64,000 bases of DNA from Candidatus Multivoradales bacterium (GCA_965248055.1 CBDFIJ010000004.1:2720001-2784000), one strand, 5' to 3'; counted from the stretch's first letter, positions 1 through 10,141 are shown. Numbers and translations are program-made. Notes: generated from the letters alone by a model not told the origin.

Positions 1-1199
1 TTGCCCACAACACGCACTGGAACCATCCAGGATTCATGGCCTACTTCGGGATCACCGGGTCAGCTCCTGGGGTGGTGGGTGAGTTGCTCACCGCTGCTCT
101 CAATGTCAACGCGATGCTTTGGCGAACTTCGCCAGTAGCGACCGAGATGGAGTTACGGGTGGTCGATTGGGTCCGGTCCTTGGTTGGACTCCCGGGCGAC
201 TTTCGCGGCCACATCAATGACACCGCCTCGACCTCGACCTTGGTTGCTCTGGTTGCCGCGCGCCACCAAAGTGATTCTGGGGGTCGCCAACGCGGAGCTT
301 CCTCAGGCGCAACCGTGTACTGCAGCGCTGAAGCCCATTCGTCGGTCGATAAGGCCGTGCTGGTAGCCGGGATCGGACTCGACAATCTGCGCCGGATCGA
401 CACTGATAATCGGCGCCGCATGCGTCCAGAGGTGTTGGCCGCGGCGATCGAAAGTGATCTGGAAGCAGGGCGAGTGCCGACCATGGTGGTGGCTACCGTG
501 GGCACCACTTCAACCACCAGCGTTGATCCGATTGACCAGATTGCCGATCTCTGCGCCCAGCACGGCGTGTGGTTGCACGTGGACGCAGCGTACGCGGGTC
601 CGGCGGCGATTTGCCCGGAGTTTCGATTCCACTTCGAAGGCTGGCAGCGCTCCGACTCCGTGGTCCTCAATCCGCACAAGTGGATGTTTACGCCGTTAGA
701 TTGTTCCCTGCTCTTCGTGCGCCAGGAAGAGCGTTTGTTGGAAGCGATGTCGCTCACTCCAGAGTACCTAAAAACCAGCGAGGTTGGGGTATCCCATTTG
801 ATGGATCGAGGGTTCCAACTGGGCCGACGCTTCCGTGCCCTCAAACTGTGGATGGTGCTGCAGTCGTTTGGTGCCTCCGGAATTCGTGCGGTGATTCGTC
901 AACATGTCAAACTTGCAACCCAGTTTGCTGCCTGGATCGAACAGGATCCACGTTTTGAGCTGACCGTTCCGGTGCCTTTTTCTACCGTTTGTTTTCGCTT
1001 GCGCGGATCGGACCAGGACAACCAAGAACTGGTCGATCAGATCAACGCCGAAGGCCGAGTGTTCTTGTCGATCACGCGGGTTGGCGGCAAGTTGGTATTG
1101 CGGGCGGCGATCAGTCAGTTGCGTACGGATCGAGCACGGGTTGAGGAGTTGCAAGAGGCGCTGGGACGGCTCTGCCAGGCGAATGGGGAAGCGGAATGA
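1..1199 (+). CDS. Group II PLP-dependent (aromatic L-amino acid-like) decarboxylase, 5'-truncated
   Basis: Frame is open from the window edge (AHNTHWNHPGFMAYF). HVDAAYAG, NPHKW (PLP lysine) and GRRFRALKLW motifs. Confidence 0.9.
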   Translation, partial: AHNTHWNHPGFMAYFGITGSAPGVVGELLTAALNVNAMLWRTSPVATEMELRVVDWVRSLVGLPGDFRGHINDTASTSTLVALVAARHQSDSGGRQRGASSGATVYCSAEAHSSVDKAVLVAGIGLDNLRRIDTDNRRRMRPEVLAAAIESDLEAGRVPTMVVATVGTTSTTSVDPIDQIADLCAQHGVWLHVDAAYAGPAAICPEFRFHFEGWQRSDSVVLNPHKWMFTPLDCSLLFVRQEERLLEAMSLTPEYLKTSEVGVSHLMDRGFQLGRRFRALKLWMVLQSFGASGIRAVIRQHVKLATQFAAWIEQDPRFELTVPVPFSTVCFRLRGSDQDNQELVDQINAEGRVFLSITRVGGKLVLRAAISQLRTDRARVEELQEALGRLCQANGEAE

Positions 1200-1342
1200 C
1201 CCAGCCGACAACGTCGAATAGCGGCAGGGTGAGGCGAAATGCAACTCGGCGTTGTGGATCCCATCTTTGAGCTTGCTTGCAGGCCTCGCCAGCGATACCG
1301 TCGGCTGGCGGTATATGAAATACCAAAATCGGAGCGCCGTCA

Positions 1343-1780
1343 TTGCGTAGTATTACTGTAGTTAGCGGGTACTTTAATCCCATTCATATTGGTCACGTTC
1401 GGCTGTTAGAAGCAGCCGACGCGCTGGGTGACGAGGTGATCGTCATCGTCAACAATGATCGTCAGCAGCTGCTGAAGAAGGGCAAGGTGATCATGGCGGA
1501 GGAGGAGCGTCTGGAAGTGGTGCGGGCGATCCGTTATGTGGACCAAGCGGTGCTGGCGATCGACGATGATCCCACCATCGTTCGAACGCTCGATCAGATC
1601 GCCCGAGACAACCCCGACGCACAGATCACCTTTGCCAACGGCGGCGACCGGCAGTCGGCCGACGATGTGCCCGAAACCGCAGTCTGTCAGCGCTATGGCA
1701 TTGAGATGAAGTTTGCTGTCGGTGGCAATGAGAAACTGAATTCGAGTTCCAACATCAACAAGATCCGCGGCCAGGAATAG
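1343..1780 (+). CDS. Cytidylyl/adenylyltransferase family protein (HIGH superfamily)
   Basis: SGYFNPIHIGH, VIVNND and ANGGDR motifs. TTG start with GGAG upstream. Confidence 0.85.
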   Translation: MRSITVVSGYFNPIHIGHVRLLEAADALGDEVIVIVNNDRQQLLKKGKVIMAEEERLEVVRAIRYVDQAVLAIDDDPTIVRTLDQIARDNPDAQITFANGGDRQSADDVPETAVCQRYGIEMKFAVGGNEKLNSSSNINKIRGQE

Positions 1781-1847
1781 GGTCTCACCCCAGTGGGGGT
1801 GGGTCCATGGGGTCTGCGAGCACAAACACGAAGGAGCATAGATCGCG

Positions 1848-2504
1848 GTGCGTCCGGTATTGATCACCGATTCACAGGGGGAACGGCCGATTTCCGTGAA
1901 TCGGCTCCGTTCCCTGCACCATCAGCTTGACTGGGGTAGATGGGAAGTTGAAATCGGCTTCGGTAAAGGCAGGTTCTTGGTCGATGAAGCGCAGCGCCGG
2001 GCGGACGGTCATTTTCTGGGTATTGAGATGGCGGCAAAGTACTACCGACTGGTGTGCGATCGCGCTCAACGTCGAGGGCTCGATAATGTGTGCTTACTGT
2101 GTGGTGAGGCGACCTATGTCTTGGCGAGCTTGTTGCCGCAGGGCTTTGCGGATCGGGTGCATGTCTACTTTCCCGATCCTTGGCCCAAAGATCGCCACAG
2201 CAAGCGTCGACTGATGGACGCGGATGCCGTCGATTTGGTGCTGTCCTTGCTCAAGCCCCAAGGCGAGTTGTTGTTTGCCAGTGATCACCCGGCATATGGA
2301 GAACAAGTAGACGCTCTCTTGCGAAGCCATCCGTCGTTGGAAGTAGAGTCGGTGGATGGCTGGCCGGGCGGTCCGCGCACCAACTACGAGGCGAAATTCG
2401 TCGATCAGGGAAAACCGATCGTGCGCTTGATCTGCAAGCTAGTCTCGCCAGTCGTGCAGCATCCGTGGGGCGCGCCTTTGGCAGCCGCGTCGGGGGCCGT
2501 GTGA
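1848..2504 (+). CDS. trmB: tRNA (guanine-N7)-methyltransferase
   Basis: EIGFGKG, FPDPWPKDRHSKRR and TNYEAKF motifs. Confidence 0.9.
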   Translation: MRPVLITDSQGERPISVNRLRSLHHQLDWGRWEVEIGFGKGRFLVDEAQRRADGHFLGIEMAAKYYRLVCDRAQRRGLDNVCLLCGEATYVLASLLPQGFADRVHVYFPDPWPKDRHSKRRLMDADAVDLVLSLLKPQGELLFASDHPAYGEQVDALLRSHPSLEVESVDGWPGGPRTNYEAKFVDQGKPIVRLICKLVSPVVQHPWGAPLAAASGAV

Positions 2505-2513
2505 GACATACAA

Positions 2514-4247
2514 TTGCTTAGACCACTCTTTGGTTACCTGCTCAGACACCCGCTTAAGTTGGCAGTGGGGATCACCGCGATCGTGTTCTCGGTTGGCGTG
2601 GGACTGCTGTCGCCCAGGGTGATCGGCAAAGCTGTGGACAGCTTGACCGGGGGTTTCGATTCGCAGGTGATCTTGCGCTACGTTGTGGCGCTGGTCGTCA
2701 TTACGCTGGTGCAAGGGTTGTTCAACTTTTCTCAGAGATGGGTCTTAGTCGGACTCAGCCGTGACGTTGAGTACGAGATTCGCGAAGATTACTTTGCGGC
2801 GCTGATTCGCCAGCCACAGAGTTTCTACCATCGGTCATATACCGGGGATCTGATGGCGCGGGCGACCAATGACCTAGCTGCGGTGCGGATGGTCTGTGGT
2901 CCGGCGATCATGTACAGCACCAGCACCTTGCTAACCGCGATCGGGGCCGGAACCTTGATGTTCAATATTCATCCTGGGTTGACTTTGTGGGCCCTCTCTC
3001 CATTGCCTTTTGTCGCGTTGGTGACCCGGCTGGTAGGGCGACGAATTCACGACTTGTTCGCCCGAGTCCAAGAGCAGTTTTCTGCTATGTCCACTTTGGT
3101 GCAAGAAAACCTCGGTGGGGTTCGTGTGCTGCGCGCTTATGCTCGCGAGCAATCGGAAATCGTGGCCTTCGAAAAGAGCAACACCGAGTATTTGGGTCGT
3201 CAACGCCAACTGATTCGCTGGAACGCTGCCTTTCACCCGGTTCTTCAATTGTTAGTCGGCCTTGGCTTTGCCTTAGTTCTATGGCGGGGCGTCGATTTGG
3301 TCCGAGCCGGCGAAATGACCGTTGGTCAATTGGTCAGTTTCCATTTCTTCTTCGCTCTGCTGGTGTGGCCGATGATCGCAATCGGCTGGGTGATCAATAT
3401 GGTTGAGCGTGGGCGGGCGTCGATGCGCCGAATTCAAGAAATCATAGAAACCAAGGCTGAGATTTTCGATCGAGCTAGGGCAAAGAATTGGGGGCTGGTA
3501 CAAGGGGAGCTGGAGTTTCGTTCGCTCAGGTTTGCCTATCAAGATGAGACCCCGATGCTGAAAGACATTTCGCTCTCGATCTCGACCGGCTCAACAGTGG
3601 CGGTGGTTGGTGCGACTGGAAGTGGCAAGAGCACCTTGCTCAATCTGATTTCTCGCACCTTTGAGCCGGCCGAAGGAATGGTCTTTCTCGACGGCCACGA
3701 CGTCCTGGATTGGCAACTGGAAGCACTCCGCCGTAGCGTGGCGGTGGTGCCGCAAGAGAGCTTTTTATTTTCCTCTTCGGTTCGCGCAAACATTCTCTGG
3801 GGCGCCCCAGACGCTCCATCTTCTGCTCTTGATGAGGCGGTCGAAATCGCTGGATTGCTCCCCGACCTGGAGCGGCTTCCTCAAGGCTTGGAGACCCGAA
3901 TCGGAGAGCGTGGTGTCACCTTATCCGGTGGCCAGCGGCAGCGGGTTGCGATTGCCCGGGCAGTGCTACGTCAGGGGCGAATTCTGTTGTTAGACGACTG
4001 CTTGTCGGCGGTGGATAGCGAGACCGAGTCGAGAATCCTGCGTCGGTTGACGCAACACTTCGAGGGCCGCACCGTGCTGATCGTTTCGCATCGAGTGACC
4101 GCGGCTCAGACCGCCGATCTGGTGGTGGTTCTCGACCAAGGCAGGATTGTGGAACGCGGAACTCCAGACGACCTAATGCACTCTGGCGGTTTGTACTCGG
4201 ACTTGTATCGGCGACAACAGTTGGAGCGCGAGCTACGGGCTGTTTAA
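2514..4247 (+). CDS. ABC exporter, fused permease/ATPase (MdlA/TM287-like half transporter)
   Basis: N-terminal TM domain, GATGSGKS, LSGGQRQR and degenerate Walker B LLLDD. Confidence 0.92.
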   Translation: MLRPLFGYLLRHPLKLAVGITAIVFSVGVGLLSPRVIGKAVDSLTGGFDSQVILRYVVALVVITLVQGLFNFSQRWVLVGLSRDVEYEIREDYFAALIRQPQSFYHRSYTGDLMARATNDLAAVRMVCGPAIMYSTSTLLTAIGAGTLMFNIHPGLTLWALSPLPFVALVTRLVGRRIHDLFARVQEQFSAMSTLVQENLGGVRVLRAYAREQSEIVAFEKSNTEYLGRQRQLIRWNAAFHPVLQLLVGLGFALVLWRGVDLVRAGEMTVGQLVSFHFFFALLVWPMIAIGWVINMVERGRASMRRIQEIIETKAEIFDRARAKNWGLVQGELEFRSLRFAYQDETPMLKDISLSISTGSTVAVVGATGSGKSTLLNLISRTFEPAEGMVFLDGHDVLDWQLEALRRSVAVVPQESFLFSSSVRANILWGAPDAPSSALDEAVEIAGLLPDLERLPQGLETRIGERGVTLSGGQRQRVAIARAVLRQGRILLLDDCLSAVDSETESRILRRLTQHFEGRTVLIVSHRVTAAQTADLVVVLDQGRIVERGTPDDLMHSGGLYSDLYRRQQLERELRAV

Positions 4248-4249
4248 TC

Positions 4250-4277
4250 GGGGACACAATACTTGGATTGTGTCCCC
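4250..4277. repeat. REP-like palindrome between convergent genes (may also act as terminator)
   Basis: GGGGACACAAT-acttgg-ATTGTGTCCCC is a perfect 11-bp stem. A second copy lies at 38420-38453. Confidence 0.7.
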
Positions 4278-4287
4278 TCCATTGCCT

Positions 4288-5490
4288 CTAAGAGACCGCG
4301 GCGACGTCTAGCTCGACTTGGGCTTGCACCGCATCTATGCTCGCGCGATCGGCGTAGACACGGACCCGATCAATCCTCTCTAAATGGCGAATGAAGTGAC
4401 TCGCTTCACCCATCGAACGAAGCTCTCCGTTGGGCTGGCGTACCCAAATCGGCTGCTCGTCGAGTCGGTGTGGGTCTTTGGAGGCGTAAGAGACCATTAC
4501 CCGATTGGAACCAAATTGAGCTTCCCAGGAACTACCCAAGGCACGGAGTTGTTTTGCTGCGGTCGAGGTTAGATGTTCTTTCGACTCCCAGACTAAGGGA
4601 AATTGCTGGCGTTGAATGATTGTGGCTGCGTGCGGATGATCGCTTTGGCGCATTCGGTGCAGAGTCGAGACATCGTCGTGGTTCAAGAATTGATCTGGCT
4701 GAGTGGGCCAGCGTCGCTCTGGGTTGGCGCTCAACCAACGGTGGAAATGAAGTTCCAGGGCTTTGCCAACTAGGTTGAAATAGACCTGAGTGAACATGTA
4801 GTAGCGGGCCATCACCAGAGCTTCCAGCGCGTGGACCCCACCTTCTTCAACCCCGATTCCCCAACCACCGGTGGTTGGATCTTCAATTGCTTCGACGGTC
4901 TCCAACAGGCGATCCAGATCGTAGCTGCCGTAGCGAACCCCGCAATACAAACTGTCTCGGAGCAGATAGTCCATCTTGTCGACGTCAAGCTCGCCAGCGA
5001 CAATTTTGGAGAGCAGTTGGTCCAGGGGGTCGCTGGGGCCGGAGAGAATTAGCGCCACCTCTTGAGCGGTGATTCCGTCGCCAAAGCGGTCGAAGATCTC
5101 AACGATTTCGTCGCTGGCGATCAGCCTCTGAGTCATTTGCTCGTGATCAATCGGCTCACTAAAAAGATCCTCCGCCGAGTGACTGAACGGTGCGTGTCCG
5201 ATATCGTGCAGCAGCGCTGCTGCGCGCAGAACTCGGCGATGCCGAGATTCAATGCCGCTCTCCAGCAAATGAGGATGTTTGAGAGCTAGGCGGTCATAGA
5301 CCCGACCCGCGAGATGCATAGTGCCGAGAACGTGACTAAATCGACTGTGCTCAGCGCCGGGAAAGACCAAGAACGCGAAGCCGAGCTGATGAACAAAACG
5401 CAGCCGCTGCACTGGGCGACTGTTGATCAGTGCGGTCTCCAGGGGGTCGGCGTGGATAAAGCCGTGGAGTGGATCTCGAAAGGAGCGCAC
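4288..5490 (-). CDS. HD-domain phosphohydrolase (SAMHD1/dNTPase-like)
   Basis: DPLHG, QRLRFVHQLG, HSRFSH, LLHDIGHAPFSH and DVDKMDYLLRD motifs. Confidence 0.88.
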   Translation of the reverse strand: MRSFRDPLHGFIHADPLETALINSRPVQRLRFVHQLGFAFLVFPGAEHSRFSHVLGTMHLAGRVYDRLALKHPHLLESGIESRHRRVLRAAALLHDIGHAPFSHSAEDLFSEPIDHEQMTQRLIASDEIVEIFDRFGDGITAQEVALILSGPSDPLDQLLSKIVAGELDVDKMDYLLRDSLYCGVRYGSYDLDRLLETVEAIEDPTTGGWGIGVEEGGVHALEALVMARYYMFTQVYFNLVGKALELHFHRWLSANPERRWPTQPDQFLNHDDVSTLHRMRQSDHPHAATIIQRQQFPLVWESKEHLTSTAAKQLRALGSSWEAQFGSNRVMVSYASKDPHRLDEQPIWVRQPNGELRSMGEASHFIRHLERIDRVRVYADRASIDAVQAQVELDVAAVS

Positions 5491-5502
5491 GAACCGGTGA
5501 TG

Positions 5503-6090
5503 TTAGCAATCCAAGTCGAGGTCTGACACCACCTCGATTTCTGCTTCGGCCAAGATCTCCAAGGATTGTGGACTCCAGCACTGCCAGCGAGGAAGTTGTT
5601 GTGTTGGTGGCGCGGGGATTTCGGTGATCTTTGCCAAGCTCGAAAGCTCGATGTTCTGGGACAAGCTGCGCAAGGGAAGCAACCAAAACCAGCGTTGATC
5701 CAACTGAGGATGGGGAAGAGCTAACTCTGGCCGATCAGAAGTGACGCAGCCGTAGAGCAACAAATCGCAGTCGATTGCTCTTGGCGCATTGCGCAGCGCT
5801 TGGCGTCGGCCGGTCGCTTTTTCGATCGCTTTGAACGCCGCGAGCAAGTCCTCGGGAGGAAGTCGACTCAGGCCGACCATCACCGCGTTGAGAAAATTGT
5901 TGGATCCTGGGGGACAATCTACTGGCTCACTGTCCACCGGTTGTGAAATTTTCGGCAGCAACAGATGCCGGGCAATATTTTTGGCGGCTCGCGCCAAGTG
6001 CTGCTCGGTATTTCCGATATTGCTGCCAAGTCCAATGGCGACGCGCTGCCAACGGTGGCCAAATTCGCCGACAATTTTCGACCGATCCAT
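5503..6090 (-). CDS. folK: 6-hydroxymethyl-7,8-dihydropterin pyrophosphokinase
   Basis: IGLGSNIG, FLNAV, PRAIDCDLLLYG and LPHP motifs. Confidence 0.9.
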   Translation of the reverse strand: MDRSKIVGEFGHRWQRVAIGLGSNIGNTEQHLARAAKNIARHLLLPKISQPVDSEPVDCPPGSNNFLNAVMVGLSRLPPEDLLAAFKAIEKATGRRQALRNAPRAIDCDLLLYGCVTSDRPELALPHPQLDQRWFWLLPLRSLSQNIELSSLAKITEIPAPPTQQLPRWQCWSPQSLEILAEAEIEVVSDLDLDC

Positions 6091-6228
6091 CGATCCAAGC
6101 TAGCATGAATCGGGCACCCGTCTGACGACCAAAGAGGGGAGCGTTGGAAGATCGCATGGTAAAGTTAACGTTTGGCGACCGACTCGCTCGTCGGGCGTCG
6201 AACGACTTCGACGCATCTCAATTCGTAC

Positions 6229-6243
6229 TGGCACAGTTCCTGC
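6229..6243 (+). promoter_or_regulatory. Putative sigma54 -24/-12 promoter
   Basis: TGGCACAGTTCCTGC has exact GG-N10-GC spacing, about 20 nt before the lolA ATG at 6264. Confidence 0.6.
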
Positions 6244-6263
6244 TCACAGCTCCTTTTGTGGTT

Positions 6264-7001
6264 ATGAAATTTGTTCAGAGAAAACTATCTGTTTGTGCGT
6301 TTGCCGCGTTGCTTATCGCAGGAATGCCTTTGGCGGCTGCCGAGCCCTTGGCTGACCCCGGTGATCCAACCTTGATCCCAAGGGAGCGGCTACAGGCGTT
6401 AGTTGAGAGAATGCGCTTGGCGGCGCAGGAACGAGAAACCATGTCAGCGGCGTTCGTTCAGACCAAGGAAAGTTCCTTGTTGCTTGCGCCCAGCGTTTCC
6501 AAGGGGACATTTTCCTACCTTGCTCCCGATCGCGTCCGCTGGGAGTACGAACGTCCGGAAGCGATGACGCTGGTGATCGACCAGGGCGAGGCGTTGACTT
6601 GGTATCGAGACCTGGGCAAGGCAGAGCGCTATCAAGTCGGCCGCCAAAGCGAGCGAGTGTTGGAGTATTTGGGTGCCAGTTCTTCTATGGAACAACTGAT
6701 CGAGTTCTTTCGAATCTCCATGCAGGCACAACCAGCCCCGGGCGATCCCTACTGGCTTCGATTGGAGCCGCGCTACAGTCGCATCGCCAAACGCTTGAAA
6801 GAACTTGAATTGTGGATTGACGCTGAGCGCTTCGTTCCGGTGCGGTTGCGCTATGTCGAACCGGACGGTGACGTCACCGAGTACGTATTCACAGATCTCG
6901 AGATTAATCAGGAAATCTCCCCCTCTCTGTTTGAAGTTGAGCTGCCAGTTGGAGTCGCCGTTCGCGACGTTGATCTGCCCCGACGGACAGGGTCGCGTTG
7001 A
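6264..7001 (+). CDS. lolA: Outer-membrane lipoprotein carrier LolA family
   Basis: Signal peptide and the AAFVQ...GTFSYLAPDRVRWEYERP...IDQG pattern. Start taken as ATG 6264. Confidence 0.8.
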   Translation: MKFVQRKLSVCAFAALLIAGMPLAAAEPLADPGDPTLIPRERLQALVERMRLAAQERETMSAAFVQTKESSLLLAPSVSKGTFSYLAPDRVRWEYERPEAMTLVIDQGEALTWYRDLGKAERYQVGRQSERVLEYLGASSSMEQLIEFFRISMQAQPAPGDPYWLRLEPRYSRIAKRLKELELWIDAERFVPVRLRYVEPDGDVTEYVFTDLEINQEISPSLFEVELPVGVAVRDVDLPRRTGSR

Positions 7002-8113
7002 GCGGCGTAGCTCCTTTTATCGTTAAGAGTAAGAGTGGTCGAGCCCGTCGTGGCGTGATCATCACGCCGCACGGGATCATCGAGACTCCGGCATTCGCGC
7101 CGGTGGGAACCCTTGGCGCGGTCAAAGGGGTCACCCCACAATCGTTGGAGGACACAGGTGCCAGCCTGATGTTGTCTAACCTCTACCATTTGGCGTTGCG
7201 TCCTGGGGTTGATGCGATCCGATCGATGGGCGGCTTGCATCAATTCACCGGTTGGAAGAAGCCGATCCTTACGGACAGTGGCGGTTTCCAGGTGTTCAGT
7301 CTCGCTTCCTTGCGGACTGTGGACGATCAAGGTGTTCGTTTTCGCAACCATCTTGACGGTGGAGAAATCAATCTGACTCCGGAATGGGTGGCACAAGCAC
7401 AGGTTGATCTGGGGGTCGATATCGCGATGATGCTCGATGAGTGTCCTCCGTGGCCGGTTGAGGAGGCGGAGGCTTCTGCGTCTCTGGAGCGAACCCTCAA
7501 GTGGGCGCAGCGTGGTCGAGAGGTGTGGCTGGAGACGGCGGAGTCTGACCAACAGTTTTTCGGCATCGTACAAGGAAGTACCTACCGTGGTTTGCGCGAA
7601 CGCGCGGTGGAAGGTTTGCTCGAAATCGGTTTCGACGGCTACGCGATTGGTGGCGTCAGTGTTGGAGAACCGACTCAGGACAAGATGGCAGTGGTCGATT
7701 GGACCACGCTCTTGTTGCCGGAGAACCGAGCTCGTTACCTGATGGGAGTTGGGACTCCCAGTGATATCTATCGAGCGGTTCGCTGTGGTGTCGACTTGTT
7801 TGACTGTGTGCTCCCGACTCGCAACGCTCGTCATGGTTTGCTCTACACCAGCGAAGGGGAAATCCGCATTAAGAACGCTCAATACGCGGCCGACGAGAGA
7901 CCGGTTGATGCACGTTGTTCTTGCCCAGCCTGTCGTAGCGTCAGCCGAGCCTTTCTGCATCATCTTATGCGGCACAAGGAATTGACCGGAATCGTCCTCG
8001 CGACGCTGCACAACGTCCGCTTCTTTCTTGACTTTATGAAGGCCCTCAGAGAAGCTATTAAGTCCGGGAGCTTGGCAGGAATTGGCCCACCGGTTGGCAA
8101 GTACGTGACCTAG
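6998..8113 (+). CDS. tgt: tRNA-guanine transglycosylase
   Basis: TDSGGFQVFSL, DCVLPTRNARHG and CSCPAC zinc site. Lies upstream of yajC-secDF. Confidence 0.97.
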   Translation: MSGVAPFIVKSKSGRARRGVIITPHGIIETPAFAPVGTLGAVKGVTPQSLEDTGASLMLSNLYHLALRPGVDAIRSMGGLHQFTGWKKPILTDSGGFQVFSLASLRTVDDQGVRFRNHLDGGEINLTPEWVAQAQVDLGVDIAMMLDECPPWPVEEAEASASLERTLKWAQRGREVWLETAESDQQFFGIVQGSTYRGLRERAVEGLLEIGFDGYAIGGVSVGEPTQDKMAVVDWTTLLLPENRARYLMGVGTPSDIYRAVRCGVDLFDCVLPTRNARHGLLYTSEGEIRIKNAQYAADERPVDARCSCPACRSVSRAFLHHLMRHKELTGIVLATLHNVRFFLDFMKALREAIKSGSLAGIGPPVGKYVT

Positions 8114-8203
8114 GGGCAAGCCCGGAACCACCAAGAAAACTTTCCATCCCTCCAAGAGCATCGCCGTCTTGCGACCGTTGGATTGGGCTGGAATTGAGTT
8201 GGG

Positions 8204-8527
8204 ATGATCGAAATTATGCTCGAAATATTCACACCACTTGTCTTCGCACAAGCCACCGGTTCCGCGTGGATGCAGTTCATTCCGATGGCGTTGGTCTTTG
8301 CGATTTTCTATTTCCTGCTTTTGGCTCCGATGCGCCGTCGCCAGAAGGCGCTGGCATCGACCCTCGCCGATCTCAAGAAGGGCGACAAGATAATAACAAC
8401 CGGGGGTTTCTACGGTGAGGTCACACGGATCGAGGGCAACGATCTCTACCTAAAGCTGGGTGACGATGTTCGAGTTCGGGTTGCCAAGTCGGCGATCGCT
8501 GGTCTCGACGGGGAGTCCCAGTCATGA
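8204..8527 (+). CDS. yajC: Preprotein translocase subunit YajC
   Basis: Single TM helix, LKKGDKIITTGG motif and synteny. Confidence 0.95.
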   Translation: MIEIMLEIFTPLVFAQATGSAWMQFIPMALVFAIFYFLLLAPMRRRQKALASTLADLKKGDKIITTGGFYGEVTRIEGNDLYLKLGDDVRVRVAKSAIAGLDGESQS

Positions 8528-10077
8528 ACAGAAGCCTGATGTGGAGGGGGTTGTTTATCAGTGGCCTGGTGGTGCTTGGGCTGATTGCCGCCTATCCGCC
8601 CAAGGAAAAGGTTCGGCTGGGCTTGGACTTGCGCGGTGGCACTTATTTGGACCTGGACGTCCAAGTCGACGACGCGCTCAACGCCGAGACCTCGCGCGAG
8701 TCGGGAATTTTGGTACGAGAGTTAGAGGATCGCGGTGCTTCCGGAGTTCAGGTTAATCGTCTGAGTCCGAATTCTTTTGAACTCACCGGCGCGGCAGGTA
8801 ACGATGCTGCTGTCCAAGAAGTCCAACGGTCGGTCCTCGCCAATTGGAATACGCGCAAAGAGGGTGATCGCTGGGTGTGGACTATGGTTGCGCGAAGCGA
8901 ATCGGAAGTGAAGAACTTGGCGGTTGAGCAGGCAGTGCAGACGGTGCGCAACCGCATCGACCAGTATGGCGTCGCTGAACCTGTAATCCAGCGGGTTGGC
9001 GGGGAATCACGGATTGCAGTGCAGCTGCCGGGCGTCGATGATCCGGAGCGGGTCAAGGAACTGATTAAGAACACTGCTTTCTTGGAATTTCGATTGGTTC
9101 GTTTCCCGGGCTCGGGACAGTCGGCGAGCCGCGAGCAGATTCTCGCCAACTTCGGCGGCAGCCTGCCGCCCAACTTGGAGATCTTGCCGTCGAAATCGGA
9201 AGGCACTCTTCCAGTGACCCACTATGCGGTCGAACGGCAGCCGGTGGTTACCGGTCGCGATCTGCGTACCGCAAGTCCGGGTCTGGGACAGTTCAACACT
9301 CCGATCGTCAACTTCGGATTGACCTTTGAGGGTGGGCGTAGATTCGGCGAGGCAACCGGAGCCAACCTTGGAACACCGCTAGCGATCGTATTGGATGGAG
9401 CGGTGGTAAGTGCTCCCAACATCAACGGTCGGATCACCGATTCGGGATATATCGAGGGTCAGTTTGACCAGACTGAAGCCCAAGATTTGGCGATCACCTT
9501 GCGCTCTGGTGCTCTGCCGGCCGGGATCGAGTTCTTGGAAGAGCGAACTGTCGGGCCGTCTTTGGGACTCGATTCGATTCGCAAGGGGTTTCGAGCTTCC
9601 TGGATTGCTGGTGTGTTGGTCATCCTGGCGATGCTGGTGGTTTATCGCTTGACCGGGATCAATGCGGTGGTGGCGTTGGCGATCAACATCGTCTTAATCT
9701 TCGGCGCTTTGTCCTATCTCGGTTTTACCCTGACCCTACCGGGAATCGCCGGAATTGTACTGACTATTGGTATGGCGGTGGACGCCAACGTCTTGGTCTT
9801 TGAGCGTATTCGAGAAGAGCTGCGCAATGGTCGTGCGGCTAAGTCGGCGGTGGACTCTGGGTTTGCCAAGGCGTTGTCTTCCATCTTTGACGCCAATTTC
9901 ACTACCCTGATTGCCGCGGTTTTCCTGTTCCAATTCGGAACCGGGCCGGTACGGGGCTTTGCGGTGACGCTGTCGATCGGCATTTTGGCGTCTTTGTTTA
10001 CCGCGATATTCGTCAGTCGTTGGCTGTTTGACCTGTGGCTCAGTCGCCACAGTGATAGCGCACAACTATCTATCTAG
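8524..10077 (+). CDS. secD: Protein translocase subunit SecD
   Basis: LGLDLRGG, RNRIDQYGVAEP and GMAVDANVLVFERIREE motifs. Confidence 0.97.
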   Translation: MNRSLMWRGLFISGLVVLGLIAAYPPKEKVRLGLDLRGGTYLDLDVQVDDALNAETSRESGILVRELEDRGASGVQVNRLSPNSFELTGAAGNDAAVQEVQRSVLANWNTRKEGDRWVWTMVARSESEVKNLAVEQAVQTVRNRIDQYGVAEPVIQRVGGESRIAVQLPGVDDPERVKELIKNTAFLEFRLVRFPGSGQSASREQILANFGGSLPPNLEILPSKSEGTLPVTHYAVERQPVVTGRDLRTASPGLGQFNTPIVNFGLTFEGGRRFGEATGANLGTPLAIVLDGAVVSAPNINGRITDSGYIEGQFDQTEAQDLAITLRSGALPAGIEFLEERTVGPSLGLDSIRKGFRASWIAGVLVILAMLVVYRLTGINAVVALAINIVLIFGALSYLGFTLTLPGIAGIVLTIGMAVDANVLVFERIREELRNGRAAKSAVDSGFAKALSSIFDANFTTLIAAVFLFQFGTGPVRGFAVTLSIGILASLFTAIFVSRWLFDLWLSRHSDSAQLSI

Positions 10078-10141
10078 ACGAGGCCGTCCGAGCATTATCA
10101 CGCCATTTGAACTCGATTAGTAAGTAGAGGAAACGAGAGCA

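Noticed and set aside
36-1780. Decarboxylase plus cytidylyltransferase as a CDP-amine pathway
   Set aside because: No kinase or phosphotransferase is visible, and adjacency alone is insufficient.
4288-5490. HD protein as an anti-phage dNTPase
   Set aside because: It sits in a housekeeping context with folK and has no defence neighbours.
6908-8251. 447-aa minus-strand ORF
   Set aside because: It is an antisense shadow of tgt with no motifs. The same applies to 38814-40133 (thrS) and 43810-44808 (pheST).
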